64,000 bases of DNA from Oscillospiraceae bacterium (GTDB lineage: Bacteria > Bacillota > Clostridia > Monoglobales > WRAG01): positions 7,267 to 71,266 of the forward strand of contig WRAG01000001.1 in NCBI GenBank assembly GCA_009780345.1, written 5' to 3'. The notes under the pieces were generated by a model. That model was not told where the DNA came from. It made no database searches and saw nothing but the letters and a program-made list of their open reading frames with translations. Positions 37,717-47,476 of this stretch are shown piece after piece. A program made the position numbers and the translations under genes. How positions within the stretch are numbered: position 1 is the first letter of the stretch; each line of letters opens with the position of its first letter.

Positions 37717-38349
37717 ATGAAGAAAGCGATTTTAGGTAAGAAAATCGGAATGACGCAGATATTTGGCGAAAACGGCGTGGTAATTCCGATCACTGTTGTT
37801 GAAGCGGGGCCGTGTCCTATCGTTCAAAAGAAAGATATGGAAAAAGACGGTTACGAAAGCGTGCAAATGGCTTTTATGGACAAAAAAGAAAAGCATACCA
37901 CTAAGCCGTTGCAAGGACATTACAAAAAAGCGGGTGTCGGGCTTAAAAGATTTCTAAAAGAATTTAAACTTGACAATTACGCGGATTTGAATGTCGGAGA
38001 CGAAATTAAAGTTGATATATTCGAGGACGGAGAAGTTATTGACGTTACCGGAACCAGCAAAGGTCACGGATTCCAGGGTACGGTTAAGCGTCACGGAACG
38101 CACAGAGGTCCGATGAGTCACGGTTCGCATTATCACAGAGGACCGGGTTCAATGGGCGGATGTTCTACTCCGTCGAGAGTATTTAAAGGTAAAAGGTTGC
38201 CCGGACACATGGGTGTGGATACCGTTACCATTCAAAATTTAGAACTTGTTAAAGTTGATACGGAACGGAACTTGCTTCTTATTAAAGGCGCGGTTCCGGG
38301 ACCTAAGGGCGGACTGGTTGTTGTTCGGAACGCGGTTAAAGGAGGATAA
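37717..38349 (+). CDS. rplC: 50S ribosomal protein L3
   Basis: [12 protein letters not shown]...[11 protein letters not shown]. Confidence 0.98.
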   Translation: MKKAILGKKIGMTQIFGENGVVIPITVVEAGPCPIVQKKDMEKDGYESVQMAFMDKKEKHTTKPLQGHYKKAGVGLKRFLKEFKLDNYADLNVGDEIKVDIFEDGEVIDVTGTSKGHGFQGTVKRHGTHRGPMSHGSHYHRGPGSMGGCSTPSRVFKGKRLPGHMGVDTVTIQNLELVKVDTERNLLLIKGAVPGPKGGLVVVRNAVKGG

Positions 38350-38595
38350 TTTGCGTGAAATCACGCAATCTTTCGCAGAAACTGCGAGGACAAAAAGTCC
38401 TCGACGTATAACTCATACGCCTGTGGCTTTTATATGGAGGGCTCCCAAAAAACGAGAGCCATTGCTCGAAATTTTTTGGGAAAGAGGAGCCGCCGCACGC
38501 AAGGCGAAGCTTTTGCCACGATTTTTGTGGCAAAACGAGCAACGAGTGCGAGTGGGGACGATGTTTCGACGAAATCTCACGTAATTTGACGCAAA
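38350..38595 (+). repeat. Family A repeat, composite (A1 core with a nested ~120-bp module E)
   Basis: Starts immediately after the rplC TAA. The insert GGAGGGCTCCCAAAAAACGAG...TTTTTTGGGAAAGAGGAGCC... (from 38437) is related to modules at 45697, 48040, 52305 and 56175. Ends TCACGTAATTTGACGCAAA. Confidence 0.88.
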
Positions 38596-38620
38596 TTTAG
38601 TTTGGAAGGGAGTAATAAAA

Positions 38621-39244
38621 ATGCCTAAAGTACCATTAATGGATAAGACAGGTAAGAACATTGGAGATATTGAGCTTAGCGAAAACGTGTTCGGAGTTGA
38701 CGTTAACACTGATGTAATGCACGAAGTTGTTGTAAACTATCTTGCGAATCAGCGTCAAGGAACACAAAGCACGAAAACGCGCGCGGAAGTTCGAGGCGGC
38801 GGTAAGAAGCCGTGGAGACAAAAAGGTACGGGTCGTGCTCGTCACGGTAGTACTCGTTCTCCGATATGGACAGGCGGTGGCGTAACGTTTGCGCCGAAAC
38901 CGAGAGATTACAGTTATACGGTTAACAAAAAAGTGAAGCGTCTTGCTTTGAAATCGGCGTTGTCAAGTAAAGTTTTGGCTGAGAACGTTATCGTGCTTGA
39001 CGGATTCAAGATGGACGAGATTAAGACGAAAGAAGTTGCTACGGTTTTGAAAAACATGGGAATCGTGGGGAAAGCGTTGATCGTTCTTCCCGAAAACGAC
39101 CAAACAGTCGTGCGCAGCGCGAGAAATATTCGCGGCGTTGACGCTACATTCGTTGGACAGATCAATACTTATGAAGTTTTGAACCATACGAAATGTATCA
39201 TTCTAAAAGACGCGGTGGCTAAGCTTGAGGAGGTGTACGCATAA
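38621..39244 (+). CDS. rplD: 50S ribosomal protein L4
   Basis: [30 protein letters not shown]. Confidence 0.98.
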   Translation: MPKVPLMDKTGKNIGDIELSENVFGVDVNTDVMHEVVVNYLANQRQGTQSTKTRAEVRGGGKKPWRQKGTGRARHGSTRSPIWTGGGVTFAPKPRDYSYTVNKKVKRLALKSALSSKVLAENVIVLDGFKMDEIKTKEVATVLKNMGIVGKALIVLPENDQTVVRSARNIRGVDATFVGQINTYEVLNHTKCIILKDAVAKLEEVYA

Positions 39245-39531
39245 TGAAAACGGCTTATGACATTATTAGAAAGCCTATCATTACCGAGCAGAGTATGGAA
39301 GGCGTTCAAGACAAGAAGTACACGTTCGAAGTTGCGGTTGGCGCAAACAAGATTGAAATTAAAAAGGCGATTGAAGAAATATTTAAGGTGAAAGTTGACA
39401 AAGTTACCACCATGAATATGAAAGGCAAGCCGAAAAGAATGGGAGTTCACGCAGGATTTCGTCCGGATTGGAAGAAAGCAATGGTGAAGTTGACTCCTGA
39501 TAGTAAATCTATCGAATTATTTGAGGGTTAA
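39244..39531 (+). CDS. rplW: 50S ribosomal protein L23
   Basis: [12 protein letters not shown]...[17 protein letters not shown]. Start overlaps the rplD stop. Confidence 0.97.
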   Translation: MKTAYDIIRKPIITEQSMEGVQDKKYTFEVAVGANKIEIKKAIEEIFKVKVDKVTTMNMKGKPKRMGVHAGFRPDWKKAMVKLTPDSKSIELFEG

Positions 39532-39557
39532 TATCGAGTTGAAGGGAGAAAGAGCTA

Positions 39558-40391
39558 ATGGCTATTAAAAAGTATAGACCTATTACGCCTTCGTTGCGTC
39601 AGATGACATGTTCGGCTTTTGCTGAGATTGATAAAGTAAAGCCGGAGAAGTCGCTTCTTAGAAAACTTAAGAAGAATGCAGGACGAAACGCGCATGGTAA
39701 AATTACGGTTCGTCACCGCGGAGGCGGCGCGAAACGTAAGTACAGAATTATTGATTTTAAACGTAACAAAGATGGAATGAAAGCAACTGTTTTATCAATC
39801 GAGTATGATCCGAACAGAACGTCTAACATTGCGCTTTTGGAATATCCGGATGGTGAAAGAACATACATCATCGCGCCGGTTGGACTTAAAAAAGGTCATA
39901 TCATTGAGTCGGGCGTGCAAGCCGACATCTTGCCGGGTAACGCGAAAGAGCTTAAAGACATTCCGGTTGGTACGATGATTTACAACATCGAGTTGAAGCC
40001 CGGTAAAGGCGGACAACTTGTTAGATCGGCGGGGAACACGGCGCAGCTTATGGCTCTTGAGGGACTTTACGCGCAAATCAGACTTCCGTCGGGCGAGATG
40101 AGATTGGTTCGAAACAACTGCCGCGCGACAATCGGGCAGGTTGGAAACACCGATCACGAGAACATAAACATCGGTAAAGCGGGACGTAAACGACATATGG
40201 GATGGCGTCCTACCGTTCGTGGTGTTGTTATGAATCCGTGTGATCACCCTCACGGTGGTGGTGAAGGTAAGTCGCCTATCGGACGGCCGAGCCCTGTTAC
40301 TCCTTGGGGTAAGCCGGCGTTGGGATATAAAACGCGGAATAAGAAGAAGCATTCTAGCAAGTATATAGTTAAAGGCAGAAATTCTCGATAA
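39558..40391 (+). CDS. rplB: 50S ribosomal protein L2
   Basis: [14 protein letters not shown]...[18 protein letters not shown]. Confidence 0.98.
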   Translation: MAIKKYRPITPSLRQMTCSAFAEIDKVKPEKSLLRKLKKNAGRNAHGKITVRHRGGGAKRKYRIIDFKRNKDGMKATVLSIEYDPNRTSNIALLEYPDGERTYIIAPVGLKKGHIIESGVQADILPGNAKELKDIPVGTMIYNIELKPGKGGQLVRSAGNTAQLMALEGLYAQIRLPSGEMRLVRNNCRATIGQVGNTDHENINIGKAGRKRHMGWRPTVRGVVMNPCDHPHGGGEGKSPIGRPSPVTPWGKPALGYKTRNKKKHSSKYIVKGRNSR

Positions 40392-40403
40392 TTATTTTCG
40401 TCA

Positions 40404-40792
40404 AATTGGCACATTTTGAATTTTTGGGAGAGTTGTCGAAAACTTGTTTTCGCTAACAGCTCCCCTGCAAGGCTTTCCAAAGAGCATGAGTCGTTTGTTG
40501 ACGAAGTGCGATTTGCTGAAAGCTACTGCCGCCCACTTGCGTACTTTGTGTACGCGGCGTGGCAGGGCGCGCAAAAGCGGCGCGGCTTTAAATGAGACTT
40601 GGCTTTGCTGATTTTTGCAAAGTCATAGCCGAATTATGCAGGGGCGTAACATTTTGTAAAACAAAATGCACAGCCATCTGCCAAAATTCAAACTGCACGC
40701 AATTTGACGAAAATATGAGATTTGGTTTCACGCAATTTGACGCAAATTTTAGGAATTTGACAAAAATGTGGAATTTGGGTTTATGCAATTGA
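40404..40792 (+). repeat. Family B repeat, large composite (B core with nested modules F and G, plus extra A-type right-end half-sites)
   Basis: AATTGGCACATTTTGAATTTTT, then module F (GGGAGAGTTGTCGAAAAC...), CCCACTTGCGTACTTTGTGTACGCGGCGTGG, then module G (TTTAAATGAGACTTGGC...), AAAATTCAAACTGCACGCAATTTGACGAAAA, TCACGCAATTTGACGCAAA. Confidence 0.88.
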
Positions 40793-40829
40793 GAAGTATA
40801 GAAGTATAATGGAAAGAGAGGTAAACTTT

Positions 40830-41111
40830 ATGGGACGTAGTGTTAAAAAAGGACCTTTTATTGAAGAAAGTTTGATGAAAAAGATAGTTGCGCAAAATGC
40901 GGCGGGGACGAAGAACGTTATCAAGTCTTGGTCGCGCGCGTCTACTATATTCCCTGAAATGGTTGGACATACAATCGCGATTCATGACGGACGTAAGCAT
41001 GTTCCTGTTTATGTGAGCGAGGATATGGTTGGACATAAACTTGGTGAGTTCGCGCCGACCAGAACATATCGTGGTCATTCGGGATCGAAAACGTCAAACA
41101 CCGGTAAATAA
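40830..41111 (+). CDS. rpsS: 30S ribosomal protein S19
   Basis: [15 protein letters not shown]...[15 protein letters not shown]. Start at ATG 40830 after GAGAGG. Confidence 0.97.
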   Translation: MGRSVKKGPFIEESLMKKIVAQNAAGTKNVIKSWSRASTIFPEMVGHTIAIHDGRKHVPVYVSEDMVGHKLGEFAPTRTYRGHSGSKTSNTGK

Positions 41112-41115
41112 CCGG

Positions 41116-41238
41116 TTTGCGTGAAATCACGCAATCTTTCGCCGAAACTTCACCTGCGAAAAATCCTCAACGTATAACCCATACGCCTGCGGTTTTTCGA
41201 GACTTGTTTCGCCGAAATCTTACGCAATTTGACGCAAA
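41116..41238 (+). repeat. Family A repeat (A1 core), forward, near-consensus copy
   Basis: TTTGCGTGAAATCACGCAATCTTTCGCCGAAAC...AATCCTCAACGTATAACCCATACGCCTGCGG...GTTTCGCCGAAATCTTACGCAATTTGACGCAAA. Confidence 0.92.
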
Positions 41239-41289
41239 CCGTGTTTGTGTCTTGAATAAAATGTATTTTACAAAATAGAGGTGAAAGTT

Positions 41290-41628
41290 ATGGAAGCTAA
41301 GGCAAAAGTTACACATATTCGTATTGCGCCGCGAAAAGTTCGAATTGTTATCGACCTTATTCGCAACAAGCCGGTCGGGCACGCCATTGCGATATTGAAA
41401 AATACGCCGAAAGTGGCAAGTCCTGTTGTGGAAAAGCTTTTGAATTCCGCAATCGCTAACGCGCAAAACAATCATAACATGAATGTAGACAACTTGTACA
41501 TTTCACAAGTTTATGCAGATCAAGGGCCGACCTTGAAGCGGATTATTCCGCGGGCGAAAGGTATGGCTAACAGAATCCAAAAGAAGACCAGCCATATTAC
41601 GTTGGTGCTTGCGGAAAGGGAGGTTTAA
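41290..41628 (+). CDS. rplV: 50S ribosomal protein L22
   Basis: [25 protein letters not shown]. Confidence 0.97.
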   Translation: MEAKAKVTHIRIAPRKVRIVIDLIRNKPVGHAIAILKNTPKVASPVVEKLLNSAIANAQNNHNMNVDNLYISQVYADQGPTLKRIIPRAKGMANRIQKKTSHITLVLAEREV

Positions 41629-41631
41629 AGC

Positions 41632-42429
41632 ATGGGACAAAAAGTGCATCCTCACGGACTTAGAGTCGGAGTTATCAAAGGCTGGGACTCACGCTGGATT
41701 GCGTCGGACAGCGACTTTGGCGATAATATCGTGGAAGATTACAATATTCGCAAAATGCTGAAGAAAAAGCTTTACGCTGCCGGTGTTGCTAAGATTGAAA
41801 TTGAAAAAGCGGCGGGGAAAATCCGTTTGTTTATTCATGCGGCGAAACCGGGTATCATTATCGGTAAAGGCGGAACCGAGATTGAAAAAATCAAGCAATC
41901 GGTTGAAAAGCTTACTGGCAAAAGCGTTGCTTTGAACATCGTTGATGTTAAAGTTGCGGATATGAACGCGCAACTTGTTGCGGAAAATATCGCGGCGCAG
42001 CTTGAAAAACGTATTTCGTTCCGTAAAGCTATGAAGCAATCTATGGGACGTACCATGAAAATGGGCGCGAGAGGGATTAAAACGCAAGTTTCAGGACGTT
42101 TGGGCGGCGCGGAAATCGCGAGATCTGAGCATTATCACGAAGGAACTATTCCGCTTCAAACTTTGCGAGCGGATATTGACTATGGATTCGCGGAAGCGGA
42201 TACAACTTACGGAAAAATCGGCGTTAAAGTTTGGATTTACAAAGGCGAAATATTGCCGGAGGGCAAAAGAGGCGTGGATTTGAATAAACCTATCCCGCAA
42301 CCGACCGCTCCGCCAAGACCGCCGAGACCTGCTCGTCCTGCGGGAGATCGTCCTGCACGACCTGCCGGAAACAGACCTGCGGGCAATCGTCCGCCGAGAA
42401 AACCCTCCACGGAAGGAGGAAACAGATAA
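41632..42429 (+). CDS. rpsC: 30S ribosomal protein S3 (with Pro/Arg-rich C-terminal tail)
   Basis: [13 protein letters not shown]... KH domain. Tail is [46 protein letters not shown]. Confidence 0.97.
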   Translation: MGQKVHPHGLRVGVIKGWDSRWIASDSDFGDNIVEDYNIRKMLKKKLYAAGVAKIEIEKAAGKIRLFIHAAKPGIIIGKGGTEIEKIKQSVEKLTGKSVALNIVDVKVADMNAQLVAENIAAQLEKRISFRKAMKQSMGRTMKMGARGIKTQVSGRLGGAEIARSEHYHEGTIPLQTLRADIDYGFAEADTTYGKIGVKVWIYKGEILPEGKRGVDLNKPIPQPTAPPRPPRPARPAGDRPARPAGNRPAGNRPPRKPSTEGGNR

Positions 42430-43049
42430 TGTTATTACCAAAAAGAGTGAAACGCAGAAGAGTTATGCGTGGCAAAATGAAAGGCAAAGCGCAACGCGGC
42501 ACGAAAATCGCTTACGGTGATTTCGGTCTTGTGGCGACTACGCCGGCTTGGGTTAGAAGTAACCAAATAGAAGCGGCGCGTATCGCGATGACTCGTTATA
42601 TCAAGCGTGGCGGTAAAGTTTGGATTAAAATTTTCCCGGATAAGCCGGTTACCGAAAAGCCTGCTGAAACCCGTATGGGTAGCGGTAAAGGTTCGCCTGA
42701 GTATTGGGTAGCGGTTGTTAAACCCGGACGCGTGCTTTTTGAGATTTCAGGGGTGCCGGAAGACACTGCTCGCGAAGCTATGAGACGCGGAATGCACAAA
42801 CTTCCGCTTAAATGTAAGTTTGTCACCCGCGCCGAGCAAGAGAAAGAAGCGGAACTTGAAAAAGCGGCGGAGGCGGCAAAAGCGGCTCCTAAAAAGCCTG
42901 CCGAAACTAAAGCTAAAAAAGCGGCGGCTCCTAAAAAAGCCGCGAAAAAAGAAGAAGCGGTTGAAGTTGCCGAAATTAAAGTTGATGTTGCCGAAGAGGT
43001 TGTTGAAAAAGCGGCTGACGTTGGCGGTAAGGAGGGCGGCGAAGAATGA
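42429..43049 (+). CDS. rplP: 50S ribosomal protein L16 (with ~65-aa Lys/Ala/Glu-rich C-terminal extension)
   Basis: [19 protein letters not shown]...[24 protein letters not shown]. At 206 aa it is longer than the usual ~140-145 aa. Confidence 0.95.
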   Translation: MLLPKRVKRRRVMRGKMKGKAQRGTKIAYGDFGLVATTPAWVRSNQIEAARIAMTRYIKRGGKVWIKIFPDKPVTEKPAETRMGSGKGSPEYWVAVVKPGRVLFEISGVPEDTAREAMRRGMHKLPLKCKFVTRAEQEKEAELEKAAEAAKAAPKKPAETKAKKAAAPKKAAKKEEAVEVAEIKVDVAEEVVEKAADVGGKEGGEE

Positions 43050-43252
43050 AAATAAGAGATATTCGTGATATGACATCAAATGAGTTGACCGGAAAATTGA
43101 AAGAGTTAAAAGAAGAAATGTTTAATCTTCGGTTCCAAAACGCGACGAATCAATTGGAAAATCCGATGAGAATTGCTGTCGTTAGGAAAGATATTGCGAA
43201 GGTTATGACTGTACTAAAAGAGCAGGAGCTCGGACTAAGGGTGGAGGGATAA
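43046..43252 (+). CDS. rpmC: 50S ribosomal protein L29
   Basis: [32 protein letters not shown] overlap with rplP. Confidence 0.97.
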   Translation: MKIRDIRDMTSNELTGKLKELKEEMFNLRFQNATNQLENPMRIAVVRKDIAKVMTVLKEQELGLRVEG

Positions 43253-43256
43253 TATT

Positions 43257-43523
43257 ATGACTGAAACTATGCAAAGAAATTATCGTAAAACCCGTACGGG
43301 CAAGGTTGTAAGCGATAAAATGGACAAAACCATCGTTGTTGCTATTGAAAACCGGGTAAAGCACGGACTTTACGGTAAAATCGTAAAAAGAACATACAAA
43401 CTTAAAGCCCATGACGAGCAAAATACTTGCGGCGTAGGTGATACGGTTAAAGTTATGGAATGCCGTCCGTTATCTCGGGATAAAAGATGGCGTTTGGTTG
43501 AAGTAGTAGAAAAAGCGAAGTAA
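43257..43523 (+). CDS. rpsQ: 30S ribosomal protein S17
   Basis: [22 protein letters not shown]...[29 protein letters not shown]. Confidence 0.97.
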   Translation: MTETMQRNYRKTRTGKVVSDKMDKTIVVAIENRVKHGLYGKIVKRTYKLKAHDEQNTCGVGDTVKVMECRPLSRDKRWRLVEVVEKAK

Positions 43524-43524
43524 A

Positions 43525-43645
43525 CTTGTAAATTTTCCGCTATTTTTTCCGAAACTGCAAGACAGAAAATGCTCAACGTATAACCCATACGCCTGTGCTT
43601 TTCCGCTTTTGTTTCGAAAATCTAGCAAAAAATTTACTGCGTTTA
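43525..43645 (+). repeat. Family A repeat (A1 core), decayed ends
   Basis: Core AATGCTCAACGTATAACCCATACGCCTGTGC is retained. The ends have degenerated (CTTGTAAATTTTCCGCTA / TAGCAAAAAATTTACTGCG). Confidence 0.7.
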
Positions 43646-43674
43646 TTCATTGAAGGATAGGAGGCTGGAACGTT

Positions 43675-44043
43675 ATGGTACAGCAACAGTCAATTTTAAA
43701 GATTGCCGATAATAGCGGAGCGAAAGAAATTATGTGTATCCGTGTTTTGGGCGGTTCGGTTCGACGATATGGCAATGTTGGCGACGTTATTGTTGCGTCG
43801 GTTAAGAAAGCCGCGCCGGGCGGAGGAGTTAAAAAAGGTGAAGTTATCAGAGCCGTTATCGTGCGCACCGTTAAAGGTGTTAAGCGAAAAGATGGTTCGG
43901 TTATTAAATTTGACGAAAACGCGGCGGTTATTATCAGAGAAGATAAAAACCCGAGAGGTACGCGTATATTCGGACCTGTGGCACGTGAGTTAAGAGACAA
44001 GGAGTATATGAAAATTATATCCTTGGCGCCTGAGGTTTTATAA
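43675..44043 (+). CDS. rplN: 50S ribosomal protein L14
   Basis: [28 protein letters not shown]. Confidence 0.98.
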   Translation: MVQQQSILKIADNSGAKEIMCIRVLGGSVRRYGNVGDVIVASVKKAAPGGGVKKGEVIRAVIVRTVKGVKRKDGSVIKFDENAAVIIREDKNPRGTRIFGPVARELRDKEYMKIISLAPEVL

Positions 44044-44045
44044 AA

Positions 44046-44244
44046 TTTTGGCACATTTCGGATTTTTCGCCCACTTGCGTACTTTATGTACGCGGCGTGG
44101 CAGGGCACACAAAAGCGGTGTGGCTTTAAATGAGACTTGACTTTGTTGGATTTTGCAAAGTCATAGCCGAATTATGCAGGGGCGTAACATTTTGTAAAAC
44201 AAAATGCACAGCCATCTGCCAAAATCCAAACTGTACTCAAAATT
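44046..44244 (+). repeat. Family B repeat with nested module G
   Basis: TTTTGGCACATTTCGGATTTTTCGCCCACTTGCGTACTTTATGTACGCGGCGTGG, then module G (near-identical to 40583-40682), then AAAATCCAAACTGTACTCAAAAT. Confidence 0.88.
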
Positions 44245-44279
44245 TTATAAAACAAATTAGTGGTTTAGGAGGAAAAAAC

Positions 44280-44609
44280 ATGGCTATAGCAAAGATGCAT
44301 GTTAAAAGCGGGGACAATGTTATTGTTCTCTCGGGCAAGGATAAAGGCAAAAAAGGCAAAGTTCTTGCGGTTATGCCGGAAAAACGCATGGTTATTGTTG
44401 AAGGCGTTAGTGTGGCAAGCAAGCACAAAAAGCCTCGCAAACAAGGTGAGGTTGGCGGAATCATTAAACAAGAAACGCCGATTTACGCTTGCAAAGTTAT
44501 GAATATTTGTTCTAAATGCTCTTCGCCGGCGAGAGTCGGACGCAAAATCCTGAACGACGGAGAACACGTTCGATATTGTAAGAAGTGCGGAGAAACTTTC
44601 AGTAAGTAA
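44280..44609 (+). CDS. rplX: 50S ribosomal protein L24
   Basis: MHVKSGDNVIVLSGKDKGKKGKVL KOW motif. Start at ATG 44280 after AGGAGG. The ORF-track extension lies in the repeat. Confidence 0.96.
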   Translation: MAIAKMHVKSGDNVIVLSGKDKGKKGKVLAVMPEKRMVIVEGVSVASKHKKPRKQGEVGGIIKQETPIYACKVMNICSKCSSPARVGRKILNDGEHVRYCKKCGETFSK

Positions 44610-44628
44610 GACGCATCTGAAATTTTAG

Positions 44629-44729
44629 TTTGTGTCAAATTGCGTGAGATTTCGGCGAAAACGCAAGGAGCGTGTATACAGATACCCGACGAAGCGGTTT
44701 CGGCGGAAGGTCGCGTAATTTCACGCAAA
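44629..44729 (-). repeat. Family A repeat (A2 core), inverted
   Basis: TTTGTGTCAAATTGCGTGAGAT...GGAGCGTGTATACAGATACCCGAC...CGCGTAATTTCACGCAAA. Confidence 0.88.
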
Positions 44730-44756
44730 CCCTATAATAAAGAGGTGAATTGAACA

Positions 44757-45293
44757 ATGAGATTGCAAGAGAAATATAAAAGCGAAGTTGCGCCGGCGAT
44801 AATGAAAAAATTTGGATATAAAAGCGTTATGCAAATTCCGAAGCTTGAAAAAGTCGTTATCAACATGGGCGTAGGGGACGCGAAAGATAATGCTAAAGCA
44901 ATTGAAAGCGCCGTTGCGGACTTGGCGGCAATTACCGGACAAAAGCCTGTTATCACTAGGGCGAAAAAGTCGGTTGCGACGTTTAAAGTTCGTGAAGGCA
45001 TGAACATTGGTTGCAAAGTTACTTTGCGCGGAGAGATGATGTACGATTTTGTGCAACGGCTGTTTAACGCTGCTTTGCCGCGCGTGCGTGACTTCCGCGG
45101 AATCAGCGCGGACGCTTTTGACGGACGCGGTAACTATTCTATGGGAATTAAAGAGCAGTTGATTTTCCCGGAGATATCTTATGATAAGATTGATAAAATC
45201 AGAGGTATGGATATTATATTCGTTACCACAGCTAATACGGACGAAGAGGCGAAAGAGTTGTTAACTCTTATGGGAGCACCGTTTAAGAGCTAA
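44757..45293 (+). CDS. rplE: 50S ribosomal protein L5
   Basis: [40 protein letters not shown]. Confidence 0.98.
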   Translation: MRLQEKYKSEVAPAIMKKFGYKSVMQIPKLEKVVINMGVGDAKDNAKAIESAVADLAAITGQKPVITRAKKSVATFKVREGMNIGCKVTLRGEMMYDFVQRLFNAALPRVRDFRGISADAFDGRGNYSMGIKEQLIFPEISYDKIDKIRGMDIIFVTTANTDEEAKELLTLMGAPFKS

Positions 45294-45302
45294 TTTATTT
45301 TT

Positions 45303-45405
45303 AATTGGCACATTTTGAATTTTTCGCCCCCTTGCGTACCTATGTACGCGGCAGGGCAAGGCGCGCAAAAGCCGCGCGGCGCCAAAATCCAAACTGCGCT
45401 CAATT
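45303..45405 (+). repeat. Family B repeat, short form, forward
   Basis: AATTGGCACATTTTGAATTTTTCGCCCCCTTGCGTACCTATGTACGCGGCAGGG...GCGCGCAAAAGCCGCGCGGCGCCAAAATCCAAACTGCGCTCAATT. Confidence 0.88.
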
Positions 45406-45463
45406 AAAAATAAATTATGAAAATTATGTTTTTAATTAGCAAGGAAGGAGTGGTTGTTAGACT

Positions 45464-45649
45464 ATGGCAAAATTAGCGATGAAATTAAAGCAGCAAAGAC
45501 CGCAAAAATATTCTACGCGTGAGTACAATCGCTGCAAAATTTGCGGCAGACCGCACGCGTATTTGAGAAAGTTCGGAATATGCCGTATATGTTTTAGAGA
45601 ACTTGCGTATCGCGGGTATATACCCGGCGTTAAAAAAGCAAGCTGGTAA
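45464..45649 (+). CDS. rpsN: 30S ribosomal protein S14, short zinc-ribbon (type Z) form
   Basis: 61 aa. [23 protein letters not shown]. Confidence 0.97.
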   Translation: MAKLAMKLKQQRPQKYSTREYNRCKICGRPHAYLRKFGICRICFRELAYRGYIPGVKKASW

Positions 45650-45881
45650 TTTGCGTGAAACTACGCACATTTTGGATTTTTCGCTCCCTTGCGTGCAAGG
45701 GCTCCCGCAAAGTCGGTTTGTGACTTTGTGGGAAAAAGGAGCAACAGCGCAATATGCGAAATTTTCGGACGGTTTTTGTCCGAAAACGAGTAAGGTGGAG
45801 CTTGTTGTGACGGCGGCGGGACACAGCGCGCCCAAAATCGGCGCGGCATCAAAATCCAAACTGCACGCAGTTTAACACAAA
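45650..45881 (+). repeat. Long family B variant framed by family A-type ends (B ends plus module E core)
   Basis: Starts directly after the rpsN TAA with TTTGCGTGAAACTACGCA fused to CATTTTGGATTTTT. The core is ...CAAGGGCTCCCGCAAAG...GGGAAAAAGGAGCAAC... It ends AAAATCCAAACTGCACGCAGTTTAACACAAA. Confidence 0.88.
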
Positions 45882-45946
45882 TTAAATTATGGAGGCAAGT
45901 GGCTAATCGAAAAGTCAAACTGCCTTTTAGAAGGAGGAAACTATAA

Positions 45947-46345
45947 ATGCAAATAACAGATCCAATTGCGGATATGCTTACCAGGATACGGAACGCAAAC
46001 ACGGAGAGACACGAAAAAGTAAGTATTCCTGCATCGAACATGAAAAAATCGATTGCGAATATCCTTTTGAAAGAAGGATATATCAAAAATGTTGAAACTG
46101 CTGACGACGGCGGACAAGGTGTTATCAAACTTACCTTGAAATACGGCGCGGATAAGCAAAAAGTTTTGACGGGCTTGAAAAGAGTTAGCAAACCGGGTCT
46201 TAGAGTTTACGCGGCGAAAGATGAGTTGCCGCGCGTTCTTAAAGGACTTGGAATCGCTATTATATCTACATCTAAAGGGATTATGACTGATAAAGAAGCG
46301 AGAAAAGAGAATGTTGGCGGAGAAGTATTAGCTTTCATTTGGTAG
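45947..46345 (+). CDS. rpsH: 30S ribosomal protein S8
   Basis: [18 protein letters not shown]. Confidence 0.98.
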   Translation: MQITDPIADMLTRIRNANTERHEKVSIPASNMKKSIANILLKEGYIKNVETADDGGQGVIKLTLKYGADKQKVLTGLKRVSKPGLRVYAAKDELPRVLKGLGIAIISTSKGIMTDKEARKENVGGEVLAFIW

Positions 46346-46352
46346 GACCAGG

Positions 46353-46545
46353 GAAATTAGATTAAAAAGTTGGGCGAATACGCAAAATTAGGTCAGATTT
46401 TGTGAAACACGAGCGTCGCTGTATAAATATACAGCAGTCGAAGTGTTTCACAAAAAACAAAAATGCAAAATCTAATGGCTTGCAAAGCAAGCCTACCCGA
46501 AATATAAATGCTTTGCATTTTTGTGGTGTGACCAATTTTGAGGAT
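46353..46545. repeat. Structured intergenic element (A2-like hairpin core plus conserved block D)
   Basis: Hairpin GTGAAACACGAGCGTCGCTGTATAAATATACAGCAGTCGAAGTGTTTCAC, hairpin GGCTTGCAAAGCAAGCC, and the 35-nt block AAATGCTTTGCATTTTTGTGGTGTGACCAATTTTG (46506-46540), which is identical to 56400-56434. Confidence 0.75.
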
Positions 46546-46571
46546 TCGTAATATAAGGAGGATAAGAAATT

Positions 46572-47117
46572 ATGTCCAGGATAGGTAGAAAACCTATTGA
46601 AGTACCGGCGGGCGTTGATGTTACTATTGGCGCGGGTAATGAAATTACCACAAAAGGGCCGCTTGGAACTTTAAATATGACAATGCATACCGATATGGTT
46701 ATCAAAAAAGACGGGAATGTAATCACGGTTGAACGACCAAGCGAGAACAAAATGCACAAATCGTTGCATGGCTTGACTCGTACATTGGTTTCGAACATGG
46801 TGGAAGGCGTTTCCGCAGGGTACAAAAAAGAACTTGAAATTAACGGCGTAGGTTACAGAGCGGCGTTACAAGGTAGCACGCTTGTTTTGAACTTGGGATA
46901 TTCACATCCGGTTGAGATGGAAGCGCCCGAAGGAATTAAAATCGAAGTGCCTAGCAATACCCAAATTATTATTTCGGGTATTAACAAACAGATGGTTGGC
47001 GAGTTCGCTGCGAAAGTCAGAGAAAAACGCCCGCCTGAGCCTTACAAAGGTAAGGGAATAAAATATACAACTGAGAGAATTAGACGTAAAGAAGGAAAGG
47101 CAGGTGCGAAGAAATGA
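46572..47117 (+). CDS. rplF: 50S ribosomal protein L6
   Basis: [17 protein letters not shown]. Confidence 0.98.
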   Translation: MSRIGRKPIEVPAGVDVTIGAGNEITTKGPLGTLNMTMHTDMVIKKDGNVITVERPSENKMHKSLHGLTRTLVSNMVEGVSAGYKKELEINGVGYRAALQGSTLVLNLGYSHPVEMEAPEGIKIEVPSNTQIIISGINKQMVGEFAAKVREKRPPEPYKGKGIKYTTERIRRKEGKAGAKK

Positions 47118-47476
47118 TTAAAAAGCAGAGCAGTAATATATCGCGCCTTGCGCGGCATCAAAGAGTTCGCAAAAAAATCAGCGGAACGCCTGAATGTCCC
47201 AGACTTTGCGTTTTCAGAAGCTTGTCTCACATTTATGCGCAAGTGATTGACGATGTAAGCGGCAAAACGCTTGTTTCCGCGTCTACATTGGATGCTGATT
47301 TAAAAGGCAGCTATGGCGGCAACAAAGACGCGGCGAAAAAAGTGGGATTAAGTATAGCGAAAAAGGCAACCGACGCGGGAATCAAAGATGTTGTGTTTGA
47401 CCGCGGCGGATATGTATATCATGGGCGGGTTGCTGAATTAGCGGCCGGCGCGCGCGAAGGAGGTTTGAATTTCTAA
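47114..47476 (+). CDS. rplR: 50S ribosomal protein L18
   Basis: [34 protein letters not shown]. Confidence 0.97.
   Translation: MIKKQSSNISRLARHQRVRKKISGTPECPRLCVFRSLSHIYAQVIDDVSGKTLVSASTLDADLKGSYGGNKDAAKKVGLSIAKKATDAGIKDVVFDRGGYVYHGRVAELAAGAREGGLNF

Noticed and set aside
40588-40792. Paired 66-aa ORFs on both strands, and the 44130 N-terminal extension of rplX, sharing the peptide FCKVIAELCRGVTFCKTKCTAICQN.
   Set aside because: The shared peptide is just module G of the family B repeat translated at two loci. rplX has a proper AGGAGG RBS and ATG at 44280.
45661-46191. 176-aa minus-strand ORF, and the 296-aa ORF at 55539-56429, spanning repeats plus gene ends.
   Set aside because: They run antisense through rpsH or rpoA and through the long family B elements. 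No motifs are present. They are artefacts of stop-poor repeat sequence.
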